Source of the DNA: an uncultured Hormoscilla sp.
GTDB lineage: Bacteria > Cyanobacteriota > Cyanobacteriia > Cyanobacteriales > Desertifilaceae
Direction of reading: 5' to 3'
Length of the DNA stretch: 64,000 bases
Assembly: GCA_963921275.4 (NCBI GenBank)
Contig: OZ001293.3
Coordinates: forward strand, 4,000,001 to 4,064,000
Shown piece by piece: positions 17,701-29,600 of this stretch. A program made the position numbers and the translations under genes. The number at the start of each line of letters is the position of its first letter. The first letter of the stretch is position 1. The notes under the pieces were generated by a model. The model had not been told where the DNA came from. It searched no databases and saw nothing but the letters and a program-made list of their open reading frames with translations.

Positions 17701-19620
17701 ATGGAAGACTGGGAATTTCTGATCCAAAAAGAGGGCCTGAGGACATGGTTGCCCCTAAAACCCCCGATCGCGCAACTAAAGTCGGGTCGCTATCGAGTAG
17801 TGGCGCGATCGAACCGTATCAATACGGAAGTGGAAGTGCGTCTGACTTATCAGTCACAAGTGCAGCGGTTGCAAAAATGGATTCGTCATACTAACGAGAA
17901 AGGTTCGATGCCAGTGTTTCCCTACATCCACCTGCAACCGGGTCTGTGGGAAATTAGCTGTTCTGGTAACCTGATGTCTGAACTGGTAGGAGATAGCTGG
18001 AAGCATACAGTGCAGTTGCAAGTTTTGCCTGTAAAATCAGAGGTCGAACAAGAGGACGAACATCCCGGAATAGATCTAGAAGATAGCGGTAATGTGGAAG
18101 CTTGGCCTGTCAACTCGGAGTCGGAAGTTGACCAACCGGAAGTTGAACCGCCAGATGAAGATCTGATACCAGAGTTAGTAGAAGCATCGGTAGCAGTCCC
18201 GATCGGGCTATCACTTGACCAACGAACTTACATAGCGTTTCCAGGTGAGTCGATCGCCCTTGTGGGACAAGTGGATCTGGCTTCAGAAAACGATCGAACA
18301 TCTGAGTCGCAAATAGAACAAAGAGTCAATACTTACGAATTACTTATTCTTCTGCGCGACCCAGAGAACTCCCAGACCATCAAGGAAATTCGTCAATTAT
18401 TGTCCTTTGAGATCCTGCCGGGACTTTTTGAATATTCCTTTGACCTGCCCCGAGAGTGCCAAACTCGCGTAATTTTGGGAGAACTGCAACTGTTTGATGT
18501 GACATCAGGTTCGTCAATGGTAACTCTTGAGTTTACGATCGCACTGGTGGTGCATGAGTCGATCGAGACGATCTCCCAGCAGGGGAACTCTGTGGGAACT
18601 ATTTTTCCCGAACAGTTGGCCTTAGGTAAAATTAAATCAAAAGCAGACTCCCGGAAGTCCCAACCGCAGGTCAAACCTTCAGTTAATCTCTCTTTCTTTA
18701 ACTTGGCGAAGGATCCTCCACAGCAAGAACATCATCAGAGCAATTTTCAACCCGCACCCTACAGCCCCATACCCGATCGCATTTACCAACCAGACCTGGA
18801 AAAGTCAACCCGCAAGTCTCCCCAACTTCCCCCGATCGGAAATAAGTCCGATCGCCCGCAGGTAGAGTCGGAAGCCAAAGATGCCAACCATGACGATCGG
18901 CAACCGAAAAAACCTCTCAGTTTGCCCCCCATCAAAAAGCCTGATCGCCCAATAGTATCTAGTATGGAGTCGGAAGTAGTGGCTGAAGCACAAGAGGGCG
19001 ATCGCTCAGTTTTGTCACCCAGAGAATTTCTGGGATTAAAATTTCAAGATCGTTTTTCCGAAAGGCTGAAAATCTTGGCTGAAGATCCCGAACCCTTAGA
19101 AATACTGGATCCCAACCCATTGGCCGACTCTTCAGAAGGGGAAGAAAGTAATGAGTCCGAGGATAAATTAGTAGCTGACGAAAGGTTTGTCTATGAAGAA
19201 ATGAGAGGCGATCGGGAGGAATTAGTTGCTCCTACTCAGGGGGTGATCGAGCTTTACGATCGGCCACCAGTGCCTAAACCTGAGTTGCAGGTGCCAGAGG
19301 GTGAATTAGTAGCTGGAGAGTCCATCATCATATTGGTAAAACTGCCTAATTTATTATCCCGCCTTTATGTTAAATTCTGGGTATTAGATCCGCAAACCCG
19401 CACCCTCTTAGAACCGCCGCACTGGTTGACTAAATTTCAGCCTCACCTCTATCAGGACGGGATGGAAACTAATACAGAGTTGACAGTACCTTTTGGCTGC
19501 ATGGAAATTCAAATAGAGGCGATCTCTGTTGAGGTGGCCACCGAACAGGAAAGCCACCAAGTGACAGTTAACCGCATGGTAGTACCGCCTAATTTACCGG
19601 ATTTGAGAATTGAAAATTGA
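17701..19620 (+). CDS. Conserved cyanobacterial hypothetical protein
   Basis: 639-aa ORF with a MEDWEFLIQKEG start, a low-complexity middle and a beta-rich C-terminus. Confidence 0.7.
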   Translation: MEDWEFLIQKEGLRTWLPLKPPIAQLKSGRYRVVARSNRINTEVEVRLTYQSQVQRLQKWIRHTNEKGSMPVFPYIHLQPGLWEISCSGNLMSELVGDSWKHTVQLQVLPVKSEVEQEDEHPGIDLEDSGNVEAWPVNSESEVDQPEVEPPDEDLIPELVEASVAVPIGLSLDQRTYIAFPGESIALVGQVDLASENDRTSESQIEQRVNTYELLILLRDPENSQTIKEIRQLLSFEILPGLFEYSFDLPRECQTRVILGELQLFDVTSGSSMVTLEFTIALVVHESIETISQQGNSVGTIFPEQLALGKIKSKADSRKSQPQVKPSVNLSFFNLAKDPPQQEHHQSNFQPAPYSPIPDRIYQPDLEKSTRKSPQLPPIGNKSDRPQVESEAKDANHDDRQPKKPLSLPPIKKPDRPIVSSMESEVVAEAQEGDRSVLSPREFLGLKFQDRFSERLKILAEDPEPLEILDPNPLADSSEGEESNESEDKLVADERFVYEEMRGDREELVAPTQGVIELYDRPPVPKPELQVPEGELVAGESIIILVKLPNLLSRLYVKFWVLDPQTRTLLEPPHWLTKFQPHLYQDGMETNTELTVPFGCMEIQIEAISVEVATEQESHQVTVNRMVVPPNLPDLRIEN

Positions 19621-19797
19621 GAATTGAAAATTGAGAAAATATATAAGCTGTCGCGCATTTAAATTGCATAGGCCGATCTTCTGAAAGTATTGCTCTCAAT
19701 TTGTTTTCCCCTGCATGAATTTTGAATGAGAGAATGAGCGAATTGCTTAGTGGTGATCGCCCACCAGACTACTGCTACCGTGTTACCCTAAAGGAGG

Positions 19798-20719
19798 ATG
19801 CGCAATCACTGCACTGTCGGTAAAGGCCCTTCCATCTGGACCGATATCGTCCAATCTTTTGTGGTCATGTTCGTTTGCTTTGGCATGCTTGCTGTGGCAA
19901 TTAGAGCTGGAGGAGGGGTTTGGGAAATTATTTCTCAACTTCATCAGATCGATCCTCAACTGATGAATATCACTGCCGAATTTAGCGGGTGGACTTTGGT
20001 CGCCTACCTGGTAGGATTTTTCTTTTTTGGCATCGGATTTGATTCAGCCTCAATTTCTAGTCAGGTTGCTCGCTGGACGGAGTCCGACAGAAGCTGCCCG
20101 AGGTCGATGGATTTACTTAGCTTATGTCTATTCTACCTGGAGTTATATGGTTGCCTTCGGTATCATTTGTCGGGTGTTAATCCCCGATCTTGAAGACCCC
20201 GAACAAGCTTTGTCCTTGTATGCTATACAAAACTTCAATCCCGGGTTGGTGGGAATAGTCCTCGCTGGCATCTTTTCCGTTATTGCCTCCACTGCTGATT
20301 CCCAACTCCTGGTTTGTTCCAGTGCCCTGGGTAGAGATATTTTCCCTTATTTGGAGAGCAAAATGTCTAAAATATATGGGATAAAATATCAGCAGTTTAT
20401 TACCTTGTTGGTGGGAATATTAGCGGCGATCGCGACGATATATCTATCGGCTACAGTTTTTTCCTTGAGTCTGTTTGCGGTGGGGGCCTTGGCGGGTTCC
20501 ATCGGACCGGCAATGCTGATTGCGATCTTGAAAAGCCGCACTCATGCTCTGGCTTTTATCAGTACGATGTTGGTGGGATTAATGACTGCTTTAGCCTGGG
20601 AAGCTTGGGTAGATAATCAAATACGAGATTTTTCCCAGCTTCTTAATGGCTTTGTTCGTCCACGAACTGTTAATGAAGACTGTTTTCAAGAAGGTATTTG
20701 GAGAATTTTAGATTGTTAG
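19798..20719 (+). pseudogene. Sodium:solute (proline, PutP-like) symporter, 5'-truncated and frameshifted
   Basis: SIWTDIVQ, QPQFLVR and LAGIFSVIASTADSQLLV motifs split over two frames near 20040. The N-terminal part is absent. Confidence 0.8.
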
Positions 20720-20747
20720 ATCGCATGTAGTGAGCGATCGCCCACCA

Positions 20748-20972
20748 CAATACTTCTCGGTTAATAACAATAACGTATCATTGCAAGGGGGGGGGAGCCC
20801 AAACCAACATCTTCCGGGAGTGTCGCCAGGATCCCCCCCGAAGCAATCTCATACCTTATAGGGGAGGGGGAGATTGCTTCGGGGGGGTTAATTCAATTGA
20901 GCATAAATTAATCGCTACATACCCCCCTCGCAATGACAAATGTCAGCCGTCGTGCTTAACCGAAAAGTATTG
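20748..20972. mobile_element. MITE with 17-bp TIRs enclosing a REP-like palindrome
   Basis: CAATACTTCTCGGTTAA / TTAACCGAAAAGTATTG. Flanks TCGCCCACCA / TCGCCGACCA match at 9 of 10 positions. Confidence 0.7.
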
Positions 20973-21163
20973 TCGCCGACCAGACTGCCGGAGCGATCGC
21001 GCTTTTGCCAAGCAAACCAAAAACCTCGTTCCCTGACTCCGGCAGGGAACGAAATTTAGAGGCTCTGCCTCCTGGGAAGACGCGAGGCAGAGCCTCTGGG
21101 CAACGTTGCTAGCTGGAAACTAGCAACGAGGGGAAACGAGGGGAAATGCTTCGCCCCGAAGTC

Positions 21164-22156
21164 TTAAGGATCTTCCGTCTCTTCTTCTACTGATGTATCC
21201 TCAACTGGGATCCGAGCGACGAACCGATCTAACTGTTCTACTGTCAGGGCTACATCCACAAGTTCCTCTAGTTGCTCGACAGTACAAGAGGTGAGGCGAG
21301 TCTGTACCGACTCTGACACCAAGCCAAACCGATGTTGCAGAACTCGCAACAACTGCCGCAGAGCACCTTGATGAATGCCCAGATCGAGACCTTTCTCAAT
21401 GCCAATTCTTTCCACACTGGTGATGTATTGCATCTGTTTTTCCTCCTGGAATTGATTTACTTCTTGCCAAAACTCTTTTTCTAGTTCTTGGGGCAGTTGC
21501 ATGACCCAGTCAATGAACTTAAAGATATTGACAATTTCTTCCCGTTCATAGCCTTTCTGATACAACCGCCTGATTAAAGACAATTTCCAGCGTTTGCGTT
21601 CCTGCTGTTGTCCTCGTGTTTCTTGAGCTTTCAGATGGGCCATCACGACCGTAGCAAAAGGATTCCGGCTTTCTTCTAACTCTTGCCACCTGTCCTTATA
21701 GTCTAGCAACTTCGCGATCGGGAAATTAAATGCTATTCCACATCCTAGCAGTTGCTCGCTAAATTCACTTGGCCTCCATCCAGCATCGGCGTCGGTAAGG
21801 ATGGCAAAACTGGCTACTTTGCAGTTGAAAAGATCTCTGATACGATAGTTGTAGGTGTACATCCGTTCAGCAAAGCCGGTTTTGCGCTGATTCTGGACTT
21901 CTATATGCACCATTACCCACAGTTCGTCGCCATTTTTCAGCCAAACTTTTGCAAGTTTGTCTGCGATGCGCTTTCCGATCTCCGCCGTCGGTCGCACCTG
22001 CTGGAGTTCTGTCTCCTGAAATTCGTATTTTCTCGACCAGTCTATCTCTCCATATGCCAAAGGGAAAAAGAATTCCATAAATTCGGGAAAAAAGTTTCCT
22101 ATGATATCCTTCCAGGGACTATCATAGTCTGCTGTTGGTTCATTCTGAGTTGACAT
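21164..22156 (-). CDS. Rpn/YhgA-like PD-(D/E)XK protein with a DUF4351-like C-terminus
   Basis: DYDSPWK, ADKLAKV, HIEVQ, FAERMYTYNYRI and MQYITSVERIG motifs. Confidence 0.8.
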   Translation of the reverse strand: MSTQNEPTADYDSPWKDIIGNFFPEFMEFFFPLAYGEIDWSRKYEFQETELQQVRPTAEIGKRIADKLAKVWLKNGDELWVMVHIEVQNQRKTGFAERMYTYNYRIRDLFNCKVASFAILTDADAGWRPSEFSEQLLGCGIAFNFPIAKLLDYKDRWQELEESRNPFATVVMAHLKAQETRGQQQERKRWKLSLIRRLYQKGYEREEIVNIFKFIDWVMQLPQELEKEFWQEVNQFQEEKQMQYITSVERIGIEKGLDLGIHQGALRQLLRVLQHRFGLVSESVQTRLTSCTVEQLEELVDVALTVEQLDRFVARIPVEDTSVEEETEDP

Positions 22157-22462
22157 AAATCTACTATCTTCATCCTTACTCTCTATTATACATTATTTTC
22201 ACGGGCAATATTTTTCTCCTTTGCTGATGGTGCATTTCAATTCTATTCTATCCGATATTACCGTAGCGGGACGATCGCAAAAAAAACCTCCTTCCCTGAC
22301 GATCGCATTACCAAAAACAAGGTTGAGGAGATTTCTTGCTCATGGATGCACTACAGCGCAGCTTGAATAATGAAATTGCTTCTATGGCTGTGGTGATGGA
22401 TGCTGGCTTAACCTGCTATAATCAAGTATATCTTATCCAAAAGGCGATCGCGAAGTGCAACT

Positions 22463-22789
22463 ATGACATTGGCAGAATTAGAAACGCAACTCCTGGCCTT
22501 GACTCCCGCTGAAAAAGCGTCAGCCATAGGTATTTTAACTCAAAATTTAAGCAATGGTTCCCCAGGAATTACCAAGACTCCTGGGGTCTGTGGCGGTGAA
22601 GCTTGCATCGCGAGGACTCGCATCCCTGTTTGGTTGCTGGTGAGTTTTCGTCGTCAAGGTGCAACAGATGCTTATATCCTAGAAGGCTATCCCCATCTTA
22701 GTGCTGCCGATCTGGTGAATGTCTGGGCTTATGCTGATGCACACCCAGAGGAAATTGAAGAGGCGATCGTAAAGAATAGGGAAGCCTGA
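22463..22789 (+). CDS. DUF433-family antitoxin-like protein
   Basis: ITKTPGVCGGEACIARTRIPVW and YPHLSAADL motifs. Confidence 0.85.
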   Translation: MTLAELETQLLALTPAEKASAIGILTQNLSNGSPGITKTPGVCGGEACIARTRIPVWLLVSFRRQGATDAYILEGYPHLSAADLVNVWAYADAHPEEIEEAIVKNREA

Positions 22790-22792
22790 TCT

Positions 22793-23133
22793 ATGGCAAG
22801 TTTGTATGCAGATGAAAATTTCTCACTGCCAGTAGTGAGATTACTACGCGGTCTGGGTCACGATGTTCTCACAGCTAGGGAAGCGGAGAATGCAGGACTT
22901 GGGATTCCTGACCCAGATGTACTGGCATTTGCTACGAGTAATGACCGAGCAGTTTTAACCTACGATCGGTTTGATTTTATCCGACTGCACCGCTTACAAC
23001 CAGACCACGCCGGTATTATTGTCTGTACAGGCGACCCGAATTGGGAGAGGCTAGCGACACGCATTAATGACGTGATTTATGCTGAAGAAACCTTGAGAGG
23101 TAAATTGATTCGAGTCAACCTAGAGTCGGTGCA

Positions 23134-23149
<16 letters not shown>
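22793..23149 (+). CDS. DUF5615 (PIN-like) toxin; its last codons lie inside a group II intron
   Basis: LYADEN, GHDVLT, DPDVL, RAVLTYDRFDF and HAGII motifs. 3 bp from the DUF433 gene. Confidence 0.85.
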
Positions 23150-23967
<818 letters not shown>

Positions 23968-24207
23968 TATTCCATAACGGTCAAAAAGGGTCAGCCATGT
24001 AAACATCCTTCCCTGACGACCGTAATAAACGCGCATCTAGAGGATCTCCTCCTGAGAAGAAGCTCCTGCGGAGTCTATGGGGAACGTTGCATCGCGGTGA
24101 AATAGGTTGACAGTGGCAGAGCAGGCATGGCAAAATTAGTTCTGTGACTTTTGACTAAATAGCCGCAGGTGTTACAAAAGCAGTATGCTATAGGCAAGGC
24201 AGTTTAA

Positions 24208-24555
24208 ATGGCAGAGCAACAGACTAGAGCAAAAACACCGCTCGATTTATATCGACAGGGTAATGCCAGTTCCCCTAGAATGGATAACGTGCGCACAAAG
24301 GATATTGAAATTTATGAGCAAGAGGGGCAAATCTGGGTTAATCCTAGTTTAGAAGGAGGCATATCCACATTCGCTGCTCCCCGATCGGGGAAAAATTGGT
24401 GGAAATTAGAACAGGGTACGGAAATTCCTCCTCAACTCACCTTAGTTAATGACTATGGCAACCATTGGTTGTGGAAACCAAGGGAGGTGATGCCTTTGGA
24501 GGAATACAAAGCAGCGCTGCGAGAGATTGGCGACCATTTTGCAAAAGTGAATTAA
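24208..24555 (+). CDS. Tse2-like ADP-ribosyltransferase-fold toxin
   Basis: LYR..., GGISTF, GTEIPPQLTLVND...HWLWKP...MPLEEYKAAL pattern. Confidence 0.65.
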   Translation: MAEQQTRAKTPLDLYRQGNASSPRMDNVRTKDIEIYEQEGQIWVNPSLEGGISTFAAPRSGKNWWKLEQGTEIPPQLTLVNDYGNHWLWKPREVMPLEEYKAALREIGDHFAKVN

Positions 24556-24599
24556 ATTCAACTCTTGAGGAGAAAATGAAGTCGTAAAAGGAGTCTAAC

Positions 24600-25007
24600 A
24601 TGAATCTATCATACAAAGCGATACAGTTTCTTATTGAAGCTATTGACTATCGGATCGAAGCTTACGAGGAAAGGTTGAAGTTAATAGAGGACATTGATGA
24701 AGATGAAGCTTCTGACATTGGCAATGATTGTGGTTTTTTAGAAGCCCTGAGGCACGATTTAACGCAGACATTGCAAAATCGCGAGACTGTTCTACTCTCA
24801 GCAGATAGAACTGTCCGAAAAGATGAAGCTGTATCAGAGGGCTTATCTTTGCCAGAATTATTTCAGCCAGTTTTACAGTTATCAATGAGCGATCGCCTCT
24901 TGCTGGTAGATGCGATCGCCGAATCTCTTCGTCAGGAAACGATCGCCTCTGGCAAATCAGAGACTGCATCAGAGGAGACTTTCTCTAGTAAAGTCTCCTC
25001 TGTTTGA
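24600..25007 (+). CDS. Acidic helical hypothetical protein, possible partner or immunity protein of the upstream toxin
   Basis: RBS AAGGAG, 44 bp after the toxin. DEDEASDIGND motif. Confidence 0.55.
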   Translation: MNLSYKAIQFLIEAIDYRIEAYEERLKLIEDIDEDEASDIGNDCGFLEALRHDLTQTLQNRETVLLSADRTVRKDEAVSEGLSLPELFQPVLQLSMSDRLLLVDAIAESLRQETIASGKSETASEETFSSKVSSV

Positions 25008-25029
25008 GACCGATCGCCCACCATCCTGC

Positions 25030-25280
25030 CTACGCGATCGCCTCCAACAAGCCAAAAACAGCTCTCAGTTGAGAGCTGTATTCTGAGTTTAACGGGAAGT
25101 TAAGCTCTTTAATCTGAGCAGGAGTTTTCTGGGAGACTCTCAGAATTTCAATACCTACTACATTCCTCGATCGTCAAAGTCATAAACTATCCCAGGAGCA
25201 ACCTCTTCTGATTCGATAATTGGGGAGTCATTAAGGCGCAAATAAGCTGCATCTGCTTGTCCATCGAATTCTAATTTCAT
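25030..25280 (-). pseudogene. DUF2283-family protein, frameshifted
   Basis: MKLEFDGQADAAYLRLNDSPIIESEEVAPGIVYDFDDRG, then a 1-nt shift to VVGIEIL...EAIA*. Confidence 0.75.
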
Positions 25281-25288
25281 AATTTACC

Positions 25289-25579
25289 CTATCGATCCTG
25301 ATGGGCATATTCCTGCTCGAACATCTTCTGTCGATTCTGACGCAAACGCACGATCGTCTCTTTTTGGATGTCGCTTAGCTGCAAATCCTCCAAATCCTCA
25401 TCATTTTTAATAAACGGAGCCAAGGCATTCAGGTTTTCGATCCCGCGTTTCATTTTGTAGGCATCTGTTACCAACTCACCGATGAAACTGACTACATCTG
25501 TTTCCTTTGCGGTTGCTAGTGCTTGCAGTTGCTCGTACAGTGGGCCTGGCAATTCCAGGGTGACATGTTCTGTATTCAT
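25289..25579 (-). CDS. Antitoxin-like small protein, paralog of 26131..26412
   Basis: MNTEHVTLELPGPL start and upstream region duplicated from 26131..26470. Confidence 0.65.
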   Translation of the reverse strand: MNTEHVTLELPGPLYEQLQALATAKETDVVSFIGELVTDAYKMKRGIENLNALAPFIKNDEDLEDLQLSDIQKETIVRLRQNRQKMFEQEYAHQDR

Positions 25580-25730
25580 AGACCAATTTACTCTGTTGAA
25601 CTGACATCTCAATCTAATTTTAGCATACACCACCCATCAAGTGACCATGTTGGAGGCTGAAACCAACATGGTGCTTTCTTGGAGGTATTGGCGAGTATAC
25701 CACTGTTCTAATTACTAGAGCGATTGCCCA

Positions 25731-26150
25731 CTACGCATCATCTTCCAACAACTTGATAAATTCAGCAGCATTTAAAATTTGAAAAGCTGTGGTGTCCAAA
25801 TCGCGGATAAAATGGCGATTCTCAGAGATTAGGTGGCTGACGTTCATCCATTCGGCAAATGCACCAATGAAGGCATCGGCTTTAGCAGGTAAACCCAAAT
25901 TGATATATTTCTCAACTAAAGCCGATGGGATTGGTTCGTCAATAATCTGACCGAATTTACGATCCTGAAACAATCTGTAAAATTCTCGCAGCTGTTCTGC
26001 GACCACTAAATTGCGGGTAACTTCTTTGGCAATTAAGCGGGGGATAGTTATGTGGATTTTACTCCTCACCAATATTAACAGCTTGACCTTGTCTGGATCA
26101 CTCTTCTGTAACCCTGGGATAAAGGTACTACTATCGATACAGATGCGCAT
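25731..26150 (-). CDS. PIN-domain (VapC-like) toxin
   Basis: ICIDSSTFI, KEV, ADAFI and LISENRHF motifs. Confidence 0.75.
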   Translation of the reverse strand: MRICIDSSTFIPGLQKSDPDKVKLLILVRSKIHITIPRLIAKEVTRNLVVAEQLREFYRLFQDRKFGQIIDEPIPSALVEKYINLGLPAKADAFIGAFAEWMNVSHLISENRHFIRDLDTTAFQILNAAEFIKLLEDDA

Positions 26151-26412
26151 ATTCCTCCTCGAAAATCTCCTGTCGAGTCTGACGCAAACGCTCGTTTATC
26201 TCTTCTTGGGTGTCGCCTAGCTGCAAACCCCCATGAGCTTGAATTAGCTGATACAAATTATCCAGGGTTTTTAGCCAACGTTCTCCTTCGTAGGCATCTG
26301 TGACCAACTGTTCGAGGTAGCTGACGACATCGGTTTCCTCTGCAGTTGCTAGTGCTTGCAGTTGCTCGTGCAGTGGGCCAGGCAATTCCAGGGTGACATG
26401 TTCTGTATTCAT
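26131..26412 (-). CDS. Antitoxin-like protein overlapping the PIN gene
   Basis: Small, RHH-like N-terminus. 20-nt overlap with the PIN ORF. Confidence 0.65.
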   Translation of the reverse strand: MNTEHVTLELPGPLHEQLQALATAEETDVVSYLEQLVTDAYEGERWLKTLDNLYQLIQAHGGLQLGDTQEEINERLRQTRQEIFEEEYAHLYR

Positions 26413-26674
26413 ATACTAATTTACTCCGTTGCAGAGATTTGACATTTCAATCTAATTTTAGTATACACTACTGAACCTATTGTTGGTGCGTAAGCGCCTC
26501 ATACCATCAGCTATACTCTAGGCTTTGCCTTATATATTTTTATGGTATGAAACTGTATTTCCTGGAAAAAATATCCAGTAGATGTCATACAATAAAATAG
26601 AAGTGCTAAACAACCTGTCGGGGGCATCTCACCCCGATGATGGGGCAATGGGATCTAAAAAATCAGGAGGTTAG

Positions 26675-29600
26675 ATGGTGGCAGATAAGCAAAAACTAAA
26701 CAAACCGCTATTTTCACAGCATTATCTGGATCTTCGGCTTCAGAAATGCCCGGAGTGGCAGGTGGATGTGAACGTAGGGTATGAGCAGTTAAAAGGGCTT
26801 TATATGTTAAAAAAAGATTTGTTGCCCACCCTCAATGAGGCGCAAACTGAGGAAGTATTTATTAAACCGGTGTTGGATATTCTGGGATTTAGCCACATTC
26901 CCCAGGTAACGACTCGCGGGAAAGGTCGAGCCCAACGACCGGACTATGCCCTATTTAACAGTGAAAGCGATCGGGATGCTGCTTATCCTCTACAAAATGA
27001 CGAACCGGCTTTTTATGCCAAAGTCCCTTGCGTCGCGGAAGCTAAATACTGGGAACGCCCCTTAAGCCAGGTTTCTGCTAATGACGAACGGGATACTTAT
27101 AGCAACAAAAATCCATCCTTTCAAATTACTAGCTATCTAGACGGGACGAGGGTTGATTGGGGTATTTTAACCAATGGCAAAGAGTGGCGACTGTATTATC
27201 GGCAAGCCTCTTCAACGGCAACGGAGTTCTATCAAGTCGATTTGGTAGAACTTCTGGAAGGAGAAGATCGGGATCGGTTTAAATATTTTTGGCTATTCTT
27301 TCGCCAGGAAGCGTTCCGGAAAGACCCCCAAGGACGCAACTTTTTAGAACGAGTGCGAGAGGGGAGTACCACCTATGCCACCCGAGCCGGAAATGAGTTA
27401 AAGGCGTTGGTATTCGATCGCCTGTTTCCCGACCTGGCAGGTGGGTTTGTGGCAGATGGGACGCGACGGGGAAAGCAGGTGGAACCAGAGCAGGTGTATG
27501 AGGCTACCCTATCGTTTCTTTATAAGCTGTTATTTTTGCTCTATGCTGAAGCCAGAAATCTGCTGCCCATTGATAGCGATTATCGAGATTATAGTTTAAT
27601 TCAGTTAACCCAGGAAGTCGCCCAAAGTATCGATGTTCGCAAGAACTTGAGCCAGACTTCTACGGGAATGTACGATCGCCTTCTAAATTTATTTCAAATC
27701 GTAGATCGCAAAGATGCCGGGTTAGGAATACCTCGCTACAATGGCGGGTTATTTCACTTTGACTTTACTCGGCCTGAAGATTGTATTGAGGATCGCCCCA
27801 ATTATTTTTTGTCTCAATTTAAGCTAACGGATGCGGTGCTAGCTCCCGCTTTAGACAAATTGGCGCGATTTGAAGGACAGCCCATCGATTATAGCTTTTT
27901 GGGGGTGCGACAATTAGGCTCAATTTACGAAGGATTGTTGGAATATCGAGTAGTCATTGAGGATGCTGCTACTGGCAAGGTACATCTAGAAAATGACAAG
28001 GGAGAGCGCAAAGCAACCGGGTCTTATTATACCCCGGAATATATTGTCAAGTACATTGTCAGCCATGCAGTTAAGCCAGTTTTAGAAGGACGACAAGCCC
28101 GGTTTGACGAACTGATGGCGCAAATACGCTGCGCGAAAAATCGGATGCAAGACAAACGGTTAGGAGAGCAAAGTCTTAACGGGTTGCAAAAAGACTTGCA
28201 ACGATTAGAGCGAGAAGCCCAAAGTACGTTACTGGATATCAAAGTCTGCGATCCGGCAATGGGCAGCGGTCATTTTTTAGTGGAAGCGGTGAATTATTTG
28301 ACCGACGAGTTAATCAGCATTTTAACCGCATATCCCGAAAATCCCGTGCTGGAAATGCTGGAACAAACGCGCCAAAGCATTTTGGAAAATTTAGAACGGC
28401 AGGGAATCGCTATTAACCCCGATCGACTAGAACCCACTCAACTGCTACAGCGGGTGGTGATGAAACGCTGCATTTATGGGGTGGACTTAAACCCGATGGC
28501 AGTGGAACTGGCAAAAGTTAGTTTATAGCTGCATTCCTTTACCATTGGCGCACCCTTGAGTTTTTTAGACCACCATTTGCGCTGCGGTAATTCCCTGATC
28601 GGTACGACGGCGCGAGAAGCGGAAGCAAAGATGGCCCAAGAAGAAAGCGGACAGTTAAATTTGCTAACGGGACCCTTTGTCGGGTTGCTGAGAGCGGCGG
28701 AAATCATGCGGGGCGTGAGCGTTTTGAGCGATGCCACTTTTGCGGAGGTGGAGCAAAGCGAAAGGTTGTTTCGTTCCTTTGATGAGGCGGCTAAACCTTA
28801 CAAGCGGTTGTTAGATATTTACGTTTCTCAGTTTTTTGGGGTAAAACAAGCCAAGAATCTTTTAGAGAGATTTGGTCCTGCGGCAATTACGGCGGATCCG
28901 AACAAGATGAAGAAGGCCGATGCAGCGGTTTACGAGCAGGCCCAAAAACTCAGCCAAGAGAAGCGCTTTTTTCATTGGGATTTGGAGTTTCCAGAGGTCT
29001 TTATCGATTTTGGCACTGCCAGTTGGAAGGAAAATGGGGGGTTTGATGTAGTGGTAGGGAACCCACCTTATTTGAATGCTATTGAACTCAATCAAAGCTT
29101 GTCGAGCTTTGAAAAGCCCTATTGGAAGACTAAGTTTAGTTCTGCTTATGGTGCTTACGATCTCTATCTTATTTTCTTGGAACAAGGAGTTAATCTGGTT
29201 AAGAGTGACGGTAATTCAGGCATGATTACACCCAATAAATTTCTTTCAGCACCTTACGCCAAAGCATTTAGAGAATATATGATTGGTAATACATGCCTGT
29301 TAAGATTACTAGATGTGTTTTCTTTGTCTATTTTTGAAGGTCCGTCAGTTTATCCCGTTGTTTCTATTCTTAAATCTGGCTTACCAACCAAAGAATACAA
29401 TATTGTAGTTGAGTCAAAACACCTTGGCTCTGAAAAAACAGCTATTATTGAGTACAACAGCAGGAACTTAAAAAAATTCCCTGATTTTCTCTTATGGTTT
29501 CTCATTTCAAATTTTTTAGAGCTTGCCTTAAAAGTTGAAAATAAATCAATTACGCTTGATGAAGTTGCTGTTATTCTTGCTTCTAGTACAGCTAGAGAGG

